A stretch of 64,000 bases of DNA from Planctomycetota bacterium (lineage in GTDB: Bacteria > Planctomycetota > UBA8108 > UBA1146). Where the stretch lies: contig DQQH01000258.1 of assembly GCA_015664425.1 (NCBI GenBank), positions 9,359 to 73,358 on the forward strand, written 5' to 3'. The position numbers were made by a program, and so were the translations under genes. Below, piece after piece: positions 8,049 to 18,107 of the stretch (the stretch's first letter is position 1; the number at the start of each line of letters is the position of its first letter). Under the pieces are notes generated by a model that saw only the letters and a program-made list of their open reading frames with translations, was not told where the DNA came from and did no database searches.

Positions 8049-11000
8049 GTGGCTGCCAACCCCGGAGTATCTTGCAAATGCCAGTGTGCTACCCTTCCCA
8101 GCCTGACTGACTCGCATGGCTCGACCTGGCACTGGACCTGCCAGAGGTTTCGCGGGAAGGAAGTTCTCGAAATGAGCGTTGAACCCAATCCCGGAGATAA
8201 CCTCTGGGAATCGATGGGCAAGGTCGGGTTCAGGAGCGGTCCCGACGCGGCTTCTTCCGGGCCAGATCTCGAGATTCTCCCCGACGGCGGGTCCCTCGAG
8301 GGCCATCCCTACCGCAGTTTTCTCCATCGCCTTGAACGGCCGGCGAGATACACGGGGGGAGAGCTCGGAGCGGTCGAGAAGGACCGCGCCGATCTCTCGT
8401 TCCTGCTGGCGTTCCCGGACGTCTACGAGATTGGCATGAGCCACCTCGGGTTCAAGATCCTCTATAGCCATCTCAACCAGGCCGAGGGGGTTCGGGCAGA
8501 ACGGATGTATGCTCCCTGGCTCGATCTCGAGCAGGAACTCCGTTCGCGCCAATTGCCCCTCGTCAGCCTCGAGAGCTGGAGCCCGATGACAGCCTTCGAT
8601 GTGGTCGGTTTTTCCCTCCAGTACGAGCTCACCTTCACCAACGTGCTGACGATGCTTGACCTCGGCGGAGTCCCCCTCAGGAGCGCTGACCGCGATGAAG
8701 ATGCCCCGCTTGTGATGGCTGGCGGGCCATCAGCATTCCAGCCGGAGCCGATCGCTCCCTTCATCGACGCCTTCCTCATCGGCGATGGAGAGGGGTATTT
8801 CCTGGAGACGGTCCGGGAGTGGAAGCGCCTCGAGAATGAAGGTCTGTCACGTCGGGAACGCCTCATCGCCATCAGCCAGCTCGATGGTATTTACGTCCCG
8901 GCTCTCTACAGTCTGCGCCTCGAAGAGCTCACCGGCGTGCAGGTGGTCGACCGTCCCGTCGATGAGAGAGTGCCGGAGAGGATCGCGAGAGCTCATGTTG
9001 CCGACATCAACGATTTCCCTTTCCCCACCGATGGTCCCGTCCCCAACACCGAAGTCGTCTTCGACCGCTCCTCGATAGAGATTGCACGGGGTTGCACCGA
9101 GGGCTGCCGCTTCTGTCAGGCGGGAATGATCTATCGGCCGGTCCGGGAACGGAATCCCGAGGATATCAAGACGGCAGTGCGCGACTCGCTCAAGTGCGGA
9201 GGCTTCGATGAGGTCTCATTGACCAGCCTCTCGACAGCAGACTACTCGGCGATCCAGCCGCTGGTGAGCGACATCATGCCGGAATTGAGGGACCAGCGCG
9301 TGGCGCTATCGGTCTCTTCTCTCCGGGCCTACGGTCTCACCGATAAGATGCTCGATGAGATGGCTTCGGTCAGGAACACGTCTCTCACCTTCGCACCGGA
9401 GGCGGGAACTCAGCGGATGAGAGACGTCGTCAACAAGAACATCTCGGAGGAGGATATCGCCAAGAGCGCCCACCGCATCTTCTCGCGCGGTTGGCGGAAG
9501 ATGAAACTCTACTTCATGATCGGTCTGCCGTCAGAAACGGATGAAGATGTCATCGGAATTGCCGATCTCGGCAAGCGGATGCTCGACATCGCTCTCGAAT
9601 ACCTTCCCCGCGGCAGAGCGAAGGTGACCATCTCCGTTTCCAGCCACGTCCCCAAACCATTCACGCCCTTCCAGTGGGCAGCTCAGGACAACAGCGAGGA
9701 GATCGAACGCAAGCACGACATCCTCCGCCGCACGACGCGAGTCAAGGGGTTGGAACTGCGCTGGCACGATCCGAACACCTCCTTCCTCGAAGGGGTTCTC
9801 GGGCGAGGTGACAGGGTCCTCGCCGATGTGATCGAACTGGCCTGGAGAAAAGGGTGTCGATTCGATGGGTGGTCCGATCGCCTTCGTTTCGAACTCTGGC
9901 TCGAGGCGCTCGAGGAGTGCGGTATCGAGTACGAAAAATACCTTGGAACCATCCCGGTCGATGCGAGGCTTCCATGGGACCACATCGACTGCGGAGTGGA
10001 GATGGGTTTCCTTCTCAAGGAGTACCGCAGGTCACTCAAGGATCGCACCAGCCCTCCCTGCGGAAAGCCGTTCAGAAAACTGACCCACCACACCACGCTG
10101 GAGGACGCTCTCGAGGAGAAGAAGCGTCTCGTATGCTTCGACTGCGGAATCTCTTGCGACATGACCCGGATGAAAGAGGAACGCATCGGTTTCCTCGAAA
10201 AACTCGGGTCCCATCGCTCGGGGGATCGATCCAGGACGATTACCGAGGATACCCTCGACGATGTCCGCGCGGCTGGCCACAACCGCCGGAACGAGAGAGG
10301 GACCGGAGGCAAAGCGGTTCCCTCCCACGTGGACTTCCAGGATCGTCCCTACTTCAGGTACCGCCTGAGGTTCGCAAAGTTCGGGCAGGGGCGATTCATC
10401 AGCCATCTCGACCTCAACCGGATGGTGCCTCGAGCCCTCAGGCGAGCGGGGTTCGCCCCCGCATACTCCCAGGGGTTTCATCCGATTCCCAAGCTCTCCT
10501 TCGGTCCTCCCTTAAAACTTGGGCTGGCCGGATTCTCCGAAATGGTCGAGGTCAGAATCCACGATCAGGTCGATCCATCCCAGCTGGTCGAGGCGCTCAA
10601 CAGAAATCTACCCGAAGGAATCCTGATCCGTGGAGCGCACTCTGTCGGTGAGGCGGCGCCGAAACTCTCCCGCATCACCTCGTGGGCGGACTACCTCGCC
10701 TTCATTCCCGCAGACCTCGCTTCACGGATCGGCGACGATGCTCTCGGGGAGTTGCTTGCTCTCGGGGAGATCTTGATCGAGAGAACCGACAAGAAGGGAC
10801 GACTGAAAAAGGTCGATTTACGTCCAGGTATTTCGGAAATTCGCTGGCTCGACGGTATGCCTGCAGATCTCGAAGACCTCGCCGAACTGGGGAAAGATCG
10901 AAGGTTGTTGCAACTTCGCCTGGCCCTGGAGGGAATGCTGCTGGCGCGACCACAAGAGGTGCTGGCTCTTTTCCTCGACGCCCCCCTCTGCGAGGGGATA

Positions 11001-11054
11001 GAAATCGTAAGGCGAAGGCTGATGCCCGCTCCTGCTGCTATCGAGGTGACCTAG
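8049..11054 (+). CDS. B12-binding-domain/radical SAM protein with C-terminal DUF2344 (TIGR03960/TIGR03936-type fusion)
   Basis: Radical SAM cluster motif ARGCTEGCRFCQAGMIYRP, N-terminal ...PARYTGGEL (TIGR03960-like), and a large C-terminal extension. Start may be the internal Met at about 8172 (MSVEPN). Confidence 0.75.
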   Translation: MAANPGVSCKCQCATLPSLTDSHGSTWHWTCQRFRGKEVLEMSVEPNPGDNLWESMGKVGFRSGPDAASSGPDLEILPDGGSLEGHPYRSFLHRLERPARYTGGELGAVEKDRADLSFLLAFPDVYEIGMSHLGFKILYSHLNQAEGVRAERMYAPWLDLEQELRSRQLPLVSLESWSPMTAFDVVGFSLQYELTFTNVLTMLDLGGVPLRSADRDEDAPLVMAGGPSAFQPEPIAPFIDAFLIGDGEGYFLETVREWKRLENEGLSRRERLIAISQLDGIYVPALYSLRLEELTGVQVVDRPVDERVPERIARAHVADINDFPFPTDGPVPNTEVVFDRSSIEIARGCTEGCRFCQAGMIYRPVRERNPEDIKTAVRDSLKCGGFDEVSLTSLSTADYSAIQPLVSDIMPELRDQRVALSVSSLRAYGLTDKMLDEMASVRNTSLTFAPEAGTQRMRDVVNKNISEEDIAKSAHRIFSRGWRKMKLYFMIGLPSETDEDVIGIADLGKRMLDIALEYLPRGRAKVTISVSSHVPKPFTPFQWAAQDNSEEIERKHDILRRTTRVKGLELRWHDPNTSFLEGVLGRGDRVLADVIELAWRKGCRFDGWSDRLRFELWLEALEECGIEYEKYLGTIPVDARLPWDHIDCGVEMGFLLKEYRRSLKDRTSPPCGKPFRKLTHHTTLEDALEEKKRLVCFDCGISCDMTRMKEERIGFLEKLGSHRSGDRSRTITEDTLDDVRAAGHNRRNERGTGGKAVPSHVDFQDRPYFRYRLRFAKFGQGRFISHLDLNRMVPRALRRAGFAPAYSQGFHPIPKLSFGPPLKLGLAGFSEMVEVRIHDQVDPSQLVEALNRNLPEGILIRGAHSVGEAAPKLSRITSWADYLAFIPADLASRIGDDALGELLALGEILIERTDKKGRLKKVDLRPGISEIRWLDGMPADLEDLAELGKDRRLLQLRLALEGMLLARPQEVLALFLDAPLCEGIEIVRRRLMPAPAAIEVT

Positions 11055-11077
11055 AGGCCCGAATCTACAGGAGGATA

Positions 11078-11314
11078 TTACCCGCAATCATTTCCGATCG
11101 CTTCGACGGGACATTCCTCCATCGCCTGTTCGCAGAGCTCTTCTTCCTCAGGATTTTTGGGCTGCTTGAAAACGTATGAATAACCCTCGTCCTCGTTCGC
11201 TCGGAAATTGTCGGGCGCGGTCGTGCGACAGAGGTCGCAATCGATGCATTCATGGTCCACGTACCATTTACCCTCGACATTTGATTCGACCTTGTTTTCA
11301 GGATCAGCCATCAT
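11078..11314 (-). CDS. Small 4Fe-4S ferredoxin
   Basis: 78 aa MMADPEN... with CIDCDLC and a distal CP (C..C..C...CP pattern). The longer track ORF (to 11695) is unlikely. Confidence 0.7.
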   Translation of the reverse strand: MMADPENKVESNVEGKWYVDHECIDCDLCRTTAPDNFRANEDEGYSYVFKQPKNPEEEELCEQAMEECPVEAIGNDCG

Positions 11315-11567
11315 GATTCTCCCGGAGTTGTCGACAGTCCGTGGCCCTCTCTGCAGCGATCTCTCCTCGCGGGCGATTGCCAGGAGGTCCGAGATAGAGA
11401 ACCAGGTGGTCGAGAGTATAGAGGGGGATGACCATCTGGCAAGGGCTGCAAGGAAGGGAATCGGTTCCCATCGGTTGGTCTCGGTGGCGGACAGTTCCTC
11501 CCTTGGGTATCTTCGCACCTCGCGCTCGAATTGGGACCGGTTCAAAGGTCGATAGAGAAGGACTCCG

Positions 11568-12398
11568 ATGAAGGTCACCATCGCACATAGCCCCGATTCC
11601 GATGACGCGTTCATGCACTTCGCCATCGGCGAGGGAAAAATCGATACCGGCGAATACCAGTTCGAACATCTGCTGAAGGACATCGAATCCCTCAACCTCG
11701 CGGCTCGGGAGGGAATCTACGAGGTCACTGCGATCTCGATTCATGCTTATGCCCATCTTGCCGACCGTTACGCGCTTCTCAACCACGGAGCGAGTATGGG
11801 TGAGGGGTACGGCCCCGTGGTGGTGGCGTCTCGACCCTTGACTCGCGATGATCTCGAGGGGCGAACGATTGCCATCCCCGGGGAGTGGACCAGCGCTGCC
11901 CTGTGCCTGAAGTTGTGGCTTCCGGAGGCGAAGACGATTCCTGTTGCCTTCGATGAGATCATTCCGACGATTCAGCGGGGGGACGTCGATGCTGGGGTGA
12001 TCATCCACGAGAGCCAGCTCACCTACGGAGATGAGGGCATGCACGCGATCGTTGACCTGGGAGTCTGGTGGGCAGAGGGGAACGAGGGCCTACCTCTCCC
12101 CCTGGGAGGAAATGCGATCCGTCGCGATCTCGGGGAGCACCACATCGGTAACATCTCGAGGATTTTGCGCGAGTCGATCGTCTATGCCCTCGAGCATCGG
12201 GATGAAGCCCTCGAGTACGCAGAGTGTTTCAACCGTGGGCTCACCCGGGAGCAGACGGATCGTTTCGTTGGCATGTATGTGAACCGACGGACCCTCGACT
12301 ATCGGGAAGACGGTCGCGAGGCTGTGCGTCGTTTCCTTCGCCTAGGTGTTGCCCAGGGACTGGTCCCGGAAGTGGCGGCACCGGAGTTCATCGACTAG
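11568..12398 (+). CDS. mqnD: MqnA/MqnD-family protein (probable 1,4-dihydroxy-6-naphthoate synthase, futalosine pathway)
   Basis: N-terminal IAHSPDSDDAFMHFA resembles the MqnD GHSPCPNDTFMFYAL motif. 276 aa, periplasmic-binding-protein-like fold family PF02621. Confidence 0.55.
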   Translation: MKVTIAHSPDSDDAFMHFAIGEGKIDTGEYQFEHLLKDIESLNLAAREGIYEVTAISIHAYAHLADRYALLNHGASMGEGYGPVVVASRPLTRDDLEGRTIAIPGEWTSAALCLKLWLPEAKTIPVAFDEIIPTIQRGDVDAGVIIHESQLTYGDEGMHAIVDLGVWWAEGNEGLPLPLGGNAIRRDLGEHHIGNISRILRESIVYALEHRDEALEYAECFNRGLTREQTDRFVGMYVNRRTLDYREDGREAVRRFLRLGVAQGLVPEVAAPEFID

Positions 12399-12424
12399 CA
12401 CGTCCCTTGTGCTGGAGAGGCCCG

Positions 12425-13792
12425 ATGGCTGAGAGTGAGCCTCCCCCGACCGGCTGCACGACCACCTTCTGGGGGTGGGGTGGAGTCTCCCGTGGGGAGA
12501 GTTTCTTTCATGACCAGCTGGCAGCGGAAGTCCTCTGCCAGCTGGTGAGGGAAGTGCCCACTGCCAGTTGGTTGCCGCGAGGCGCAGGGTGTAGTTACGG
12601 CGATGCAGCCCTCAACAGTTCCGGCACCCTCCTTCGTCTCCTGGGCAGCGAGAGAATCGAACTCGACAGCGATGCCGGGCAGGTTCGCGTCGGGGCGGGA
12701 ATGCGCCTCGGAGATCTCCTTTCCCGGTTGGTCCCCCTCGGCTGGTGGGTCGGAGGGGTTCCCGGGTTTCTCGACGTCACAGTCGGCGGGATCGCTGCCG
12801 CCGACGCCCACGGCAAGGATCATCTCGGTTCCGGTTCCTTCGGTGACCAGATCGAGGAGATCGATCTGGTCACCGCCGATGGCTCCCGGAGTCGAATCAG
12901 TCGAAATCGCGATGGCGAGCTCTTCGCTGCGACGATCGGCGGGATGGGGCTCACTGGCCAGATCACCCGGCTTCTCCTGCGCCTCCAGAAGTTGCCTTCT
13001 GCCTGGATGGTGCAGACGAAGAGGAGGACGGAGACCCTGACGGAGACCTTCGACAGGCTCGAAGAGATGCTCGCTGAACACAGCCATGTCGCCGCGTGGA
13101 TCGATGGGATGGAGAGGGGTAAAAATCTCGGAAGGGGGGTCGTCTCCGGGGCCAATTTTGCAGAACGGTCGCTGCTCTCCTCGATCGGTTCAGCACGCCA
13201 TTTCAGGTGGCAGCCGACTCGACCGTTCCCGCTGGTCCCCGCCCTCTCGAGTGTGTTCACGGCACGAACGGTCCGCTGTTTCAATTCCCTCAGATGGAGT
13301 TTCTCTCCATCCGAAAAGAGAGAGGGTCTCCGCCCCATCGCCCAGGCTCTCTTCCCTCTCGAGTCCCTCAAGAGATGGAACCGACTCTACGGAGAGGCGG
13401 GCTTGTTCCAGCACCAGTGTGTTTTACCGAGGGAGGTCGCCCCAGAGGGGGTCGAGGAGATCCTGCGCACCCTTCATGAGAGCAAAAACCCGCCTTTCCT
13501 GGTGGTTCTGAAGCGTCTTGGTACCGGCACCTTCCCCCTCTCCTTCCCCCTCGATGGCTGGACTCTCAGCTGTGATCTTGCCGCCTCTCCTTCGAGCGAG
13601 GCAGTGCTCCGAGTTCTCGATGAAAGGGTTGCCGCCCTGGGAGGAAGGGTCTATCTCGCCAAGGACTCGACACTGACTCCCGCACTTCTGGAGAGGATGT
13701 ACCCTCGCCTCGGAGAGTTGCGTGAGGTCAGGAGAAGGGTCGATCCCGAGGGGAGGCTCGCCAGCGACCTCTCCCGCAGGCTGCGAATCTGA
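12425..13792 (+). CDS. FAD-linked oxidase (PCMH-type FAD-binding; GlcD/DprE1/ALO-like)
   Basis: FAD-binding N-domain pattern (GAGCSYGDAALN...GAGMRLGDL...GGIAAADAHGKDH). Start taken at MAESEPP, since the upstream part of the track ORF overlaps mqnD. Confidence 0.65.
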   Translation: MAESEPPPTGCTTTFWGWGGVSRGESFFHDQLAAEVLCQLVREVPTASWLPRGAGCSYGDAALNSSGTLLRLLGSERIELDSDAGQVRVGAGMRLGDLLSRLVPLGWWVGGVPGFLDVTVGGIAAADAHGKDHLGSGSFGDQIEEIDLVTADGSRSRISRNRDGELFAATIGGMGLTGQITRLLLRLQKLPSAWMVQTKRRTETLTETFDRLEEMLAEHSHVAAWIDGMERGKNLGRGVVSGANFAERSLLSSIGSARHFRWQPTRPFPLVPALSSVFTARTVRCFNSLRWSFSPSEKREGLRPIAQALFPLESLKRWNRLYGEAGLFQHQCVLPREVAPEGVEEILRTLHESKNPPFLVVLKRLGTGTFPLSFPLDGWTLSCDLAASPSSEAVLRVLDERVAALGGRVYLAKDSTLTPALLERMYPRLGELREVRRRVDPEGRLASDLSRRLRI

Positions 13793-13817
13793 GGTCGAAA
13801 CAGCCGAACCCCCGGGG

Positions 13818-14621
13818 TCAGAAAGTCACCGAGACTCCGAAGAAATGACCGTCGAGGTCGAGGTCGACCCTTGCCGGGGAGTTTTCGACCACCCCATCGA
13901 AGAACAGACCGATGCGCCGCGTGCCGATGATGAGTTCGCTGTTTTCGTTGATGCTCCATTGGGCGGTGAGTTCCACGTCGACCAAGCCGATCTCGTAGTC
14001 GGTCACGCTGTCGAGAACGGGAATGGAGACCTCTGCCCCGACTCGGGTTCCCAGCGGCAGATCGATGTCTCCCCTGGCTCCGATGACAGGAACGGGCAGC
14101 AACTCATCAAGTTCACGAAACGCATCGGATCCGGTGGTGTCATCGACGCGCAGATTGACGAGGAAGGTGTTCAACCCAACGACGACCGCAACGCGGACAT
14201 GTTCGCTGCTGAGGAGATCGAAGCCGAGTGTTCCCCGGATGCTTCTGAGGTCGAGATCCGAAGCGATATCCCCGGTGAACTCTGTTCCCAGGAAATTTCC
14301 GGTGAAGGAGCCCGGGGAACTGGTGTTGTAGTCGAAGGCGGTCAGGCGCAATTCGAGTGGCGCGATTCCAGCGGAGAATTTCAGGTAGGGGAGGTTCTTG
14401 TTGCCCGTAATCCCACCTTCATTTCCGAAGTGGAAAACACTGCTGATGGGCAAAGTGGAAGTGGCCTCGGTGTCGGCAGTTCCCTCGAAGTTGAAGTGGG
14501 AGTGGACAACGGCTGCCTCGGCGTGGAGCCCGATCCAGGGGGAGTCGCCAGGTAGGCTGCAGGAGCAACAGAGGAACGGCAGGAAGATGATCGCCAGCAG
14601 CGGAAAACGCCTGGTTTTCAT
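13818..14621 (-). CDS. Outer-membrane beta-barrel protein (porin/OmpA-like), lipoprotein-type signal
   Basis: Signal peptide MKTRRFPLLAIIFLPFLCCSCS, alternating amphipathic beta-strands and a C-terminal aromatic residue (F). Start is the internal Met of the track ORF. Confidence 0.5.
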   Translation of the reverse strand: MKTRRFPLLAIIFLPFLCCSCSLPGDSPWIGLHAEAAVVHSHFNFEGTADTEATSTLPISSVFHFGNEGGITGNKNLPYLKFSAGIAPLELRLTAFDYNTSSPGSFTGNFLGTEFTGDIASDLDLRSIRGTLGFDLLSSEHVRVAVVVGLNTFLVNLRVDDTTGSDAFRELDELLPVPVIGARGDIDLPLGTRVGAEVSIPVLDSVTDYEIGLVDVELTAQWSINENSELIIGTRRIGLFFDGVVENSPARVDLDLDGHFFGVSVTF

Positions 14622-14770
14622 CGAACCTCCCGGGTGTTGGATCGCGAATCGAGGGAGCGCTCCTTCTAACCCAGGGAAGCGCCAAACGCCACCTCCCAGG
14701 GTGCTGGGCGGTGGCCTCGAGAACGCCAAGGGGCTAGGATGAGTGGATACCAAGGGGAGGATCGCCGTCG

Positions 14771-17700
14771 ATGATTCAACAGGCTGAATTCGGGCCCGCC
14801 AGCCTGTGGGCAGGCCTCCTTATCCTCAACTTCCTGGTCACGCCGAACTCGATCGATGCTGGCGAGGAACAATACGAACAATTCGAGCGCGAAGTGCGCC
14901 CCCTCTTCGTCGAGCATTGTTACCGCTGTCACAGCCTCAGCTCCGGAAAGCAGAAGGGGGGATTGCTCCTCGATTCCCGCGATTCCCTCCGCAACGGAGG
15001 AGACAGCGGTTCTGCCATCGTCGAAGGAGACCCCGCCGCCAGTCTGCTGATCAAGGCGGTCAAGCAGTTGGACCCGGACCTGTCGATGCCTCCTGAAGCC
15101 AAACTTGCCCCATCTGAAATCGTCGCGCTGGAACGCTGGATTCTCTCCGGTGCTCCTGATCCGCGGGACGAGTCAGCGGCAGTGGTGGTGAAGAAGGAGA
15201 TCGACTGGCAAAAGGCTCGCGAGCACTGGGCTTTCCAGAAGATGGCAGACCCCCAGCCGCCGTCCCTCGCCGCCGACGAATGGTCCCGTGACGCTATCGA
15301 TCAGTTCGTTCTCGCACGGCTGAGAGAAAAGGGACTTGCTCCTGCTCCGGGTGCCAATCGGCGGACCTTGATCCGCAGGGCGACCTTTGATCTGGCGGGG
15401 CTGCCTCCAACTCCCGAGGAGATCGATCATTTCCTCGCAGATGACCAGCCTGGAGCGTTCGAGCGCATCGTCGACCGCCTGCTCGCTTCTCCCCGCTACG
15501 GCGAGCGCTGGGCGCGCCTCTGGCTCGATGTAGTCCGCTACGCAGATTCCAACGGCCTCGACGAGAACCTCGCTTATGGCAACGCCTGGAGGTACCGGGA
15601 CTACGTCATCAACGCCTTCTCCAGCGATATTCCCTTCGACCGATTGGTGCTGGAGCAACTCGCAGGAGACCTTCTGCCGGTTCCCGATGACATCGAACGC
15701 TGGAAGGGTCAGCTGATTGCGACCGGGTTTCTCGCCATGGGCCCGAAAATGCTCGCAGAACAGGACAAGGAAAAGTTAGCCATCGACATCGTCGATGAGC
15801 AACTCGACGTGACGGCGACAGCATTCCTCGGCATGACTGTCGGATGCGCTCGTTGCCATGATCACAAATATGATCCGATTCCGACCCGTGACTACTACGC
15901 TCTCGCCGGTATCTTTCGCTCTACCAGCACGATGGAGAACTTCAACCACGTCTCGCGCTGGCGGGAACTCTCCCTGGCGACGGCGGATGAGGTCGAGGTG
16001 CGCAAGAAGTGGCAAGTCGAGATCGATGTCGCCCGCAAGAGAGCCAAGGAAATCGAAGCGGACCTGGCGGCAGGACAGCTGGGGCGCTGGCGCAAGCATG
16101 CCGCTCAGGACCTGCTCGCTGCCTCGAAGGGACGCAAGAGCGCGGTTTACTTCGAGGCGGAGAGTGCAGAGAAGACAAACCTTCACATCGATTCGAGCCA
16201 CTGGGGTTCACCGGAAGTCACCATTCTTCACACCACCAAGGGGGGTGAGCAGTTTGCCCGCTGGTCGGTGGAGATCCCCCACTCGCGGCGCTGGCGCCTC
16301 GATATTCGCTATGCATCCAAGGAGAGTCGCCCGATGCGCCTGTTCATCGATGGCGAGCAGATTGGTGATCCGGTTCTGGGGTCGAAGACAGGAGATTTCT
16401 TTCCCAAGGGTCAGCGCTGGGAGCAGGTCGCGACACTCGACCTCAGCAGCGGTATCCACCAGCTGGAATTGAAGGGAACAGGGGCTTCGATACCCCATCT
16501 CGATCGCCTCCGGTTCGTCCCCGCCGGCGAGAAGGACGCCACGACCTGGCTCCCTTCTGACACCGGCTCCAGCCCGCCGGCGGTTGTGGCGGGCTGGATC
16601 GATTTCCTCGATCGATCCTCACGCCAGAAGGACCCGCTCTTTGGCACCTGGTTGCGCTTCCTGCAGCTGGAAGAGGGTGGATTCGTCGATGGGGCTCGGG
16701 AAATCTGTGACGATGTCTCCGCCGAGCTGGCGGCTGGCAGCGATGGGGTCTCTCCCCTTCTTCGGCTGGTCGTCGATGGCCTGCCTCCCGAGAGCCTGCG
16801 AGAGGCCGCGGGGCGCTTTCAGGGGGTCCTCTCTGCCCTCGACCTGGCCTCGGAGAAGCGGCCAGTTGGCAAGGATGGAAAGAAGGCAGCAACCCTTCAG
16901 GACCCCGAACTGGAACGACTGAACGGCCAATTAATCGCGCCAGGGGGTCCCTTCGGGGAACCTCTCGCCCTCGGAGAGAAGGCGATCCCGGCTGAGATGA
17001 GGCAACCGCTCGAAGAGGTGCGTGGGGAGATCACTCTTCTGGAAGAATCGGAGCCCGATCCCATCTCGACGGCGCTCGGGGTTGCCGACGGTAAGGTTGG
17101 CGACCTGCCGGTGCACATTCGTGGGAACCACTTGAACCTGGCGAAGGAAGTGACGCCGCGGGGTGTGCTCGAGATTATCTCCCACTGCGTCCCCACACCG
17201 GTCTTCGGAGGGGAGGAGAGCGGTCGACTGGAACTTGCTAGATGGATAGTTCACGAGGAGAACCCCCTGACCGCCAGAGTCATCGTCAACCGGATCTGGC
17301 AGGGCCATTTCGGCACCGGAATCGTCGAGACTCCATCGAACTTCGGATTCCGTGGTGGGACCCCCAGCCACCCGCTCCTTCTCGATCGCCTCGCTCGCGA
17401 TTTCATCTCCGATGGTTGGTCCCTCAAGAGACTGCACAGGAGGATCTTGCTCTCTGCCACGTGGCAGCAGGAGACTCGGGTGAACGAGCGCGCCAGAGAA
17501 ATCGACCCCGGGAACCGTCTCCTCTGGAGCCAGAATCGTCGTCGACTCGAGGCGGAACTGGTTCGTGACGCGCTGCTCGCCATCACTGGTGACCTCGATC
17601 TGGCGATGGGCGGCACTCTCCTGCCAACAGCCAATCGTGGCTACGTCACAAACGATCAGTCGGGAAACCAGGCCAGGTACGACGCCCCCCGAAGGGCGAT

Positions 17701-18103
17701 CTACTTGCCGATCATTCGCAACGCCATGTTCGACCTCTTCAGTTCCTTCGATTTCAATGACCCATCCGCGCCGATGGCACGTCGCCCCTCCACCATCATC
17801 GCCCACCAGGCGCTCTTCTTCCTCAACAGTCCTCTGGTCCTCAGTACCAGCGAACGTCTCGCGAAGGAATTGCTCGGCCTGGAAATTTTGGACGCAGCCG
17901 AGCGCATCGATTGGCTCTCGGAAAGATTGCTCGGGAGGCGAGCGACGGCAGAAGAAAAGCAACGGGCCGAACTGTATCTCGCGGCTGCGAGAGCGGCCCT
18001 TCTCGGTGAGGCAGGCGAAGAGGAGGAGAAAGTGGATCTCTCTCTCTGGCAGAGTTACTGCCAGGCGGTCCTCGCTTCCAATGAGTTCATCTACTTCGAC
18101 TGA
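14771..18103 (+). CDS. DUF1549/DUF1553 protein with N-terminal PSCyt (Planctomycete cytochrome c) domain
   Basis: Signal/TM, then CxxCH heme motif (EHCYRCHS). 1110 aa with the typical PSCyt1-PSCyt2-PSD1 layout. Immediately followed by a DUF1501 gene (canonical pair). Confidence 0.8.
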   Translation: MIQQAEFGPASLWAGLLILNFLVTPNSIDAGEEQYEQFEREVRPLFVEHCYRCHSLSSGKQKGGLLLDSRDSLRNGGDSGSAIVEGDPAASLLIKAVKQLDPDLSMPPEAKLAPSEIVALERWILSGAPDPRDESAAVVVKKEIDWQKAREHWAFQKMADPQPPSLAADEWSRDAIDQFVLARLREKGLAPAPGANRRTLIRRATFDLAGLPPTPEEIDHFLADDQPGAFERIVDRLLASPRYGERWARLWLDVVRYADSNGLDENLAYGNAWRYRDYVINAFSSDIPFDRLVLEQLAGDLLPVPDDIERWKGQLIATGFLAMGPKMLAEQDKEKLAIDIVDEQLDVTATAFLGMTVGCARCHDHKYDPIPTRDYYALAGIFRSTSTMENFNHVSRWRELSLATADEVEVRKKWQVEIDVARKRAKEIEADLAAGQLGRWRKHAAQDLLAASKGRKSAVYFEAESAEKTNLHIDSSHWGSPEVTILHTTKGGEQFARWSVEIPHSRRWRLDIRYASKESRPMRLFIDGEQIGDPVLGSKTGDFFPKGQRWEQVATLDLSSGIHQLELKGTGASIPHLDRLRFVPAGEKDATTWLPSDTGSSPPAVVAGWIDFLDRSSRQKDPLFGTWLRFLQLEEGGFVDGAREICDDVSAELAAGSDGVSPLLRLVVDGLPPESLREAAGRFQGVLSALDLASEKRPVGKDGKKAATLQDPELERLNGQLIAPGGPFGEPLALGEKAIPAEMRQPLEEVRGEITLLEESEPDPISTALGVADGKVGDLPVHIRGNHLNLAKEVTPRGVLEIISHCVPTPVFGGEESGRLELARWIVHEENPLTARVIVNRIWQGHFGTGIVETPSNFGFRGGTPSHPLLLDRLARDFISDGWSLKRLHRRILLSATWQQETRVNERAREIDPGNRLLWSQNRRRLEAELVRDALLAITGDLDLAMGGTLLPTANRGYVTNDQSGNQARYDAPRRAIYLPIIRNAMFDLFSSFDFNDPSAPMARRPSTIIAHQALFFLNSPLVLSTSERLAKELLGLEILDAAERIDWLSERLLGRRATAEEKQRAELYLAAARAALLGEAGEEEEKVDLSLWQSYCQAVLASNEFIYFD

Positions 18104-18107
18104 TTGG

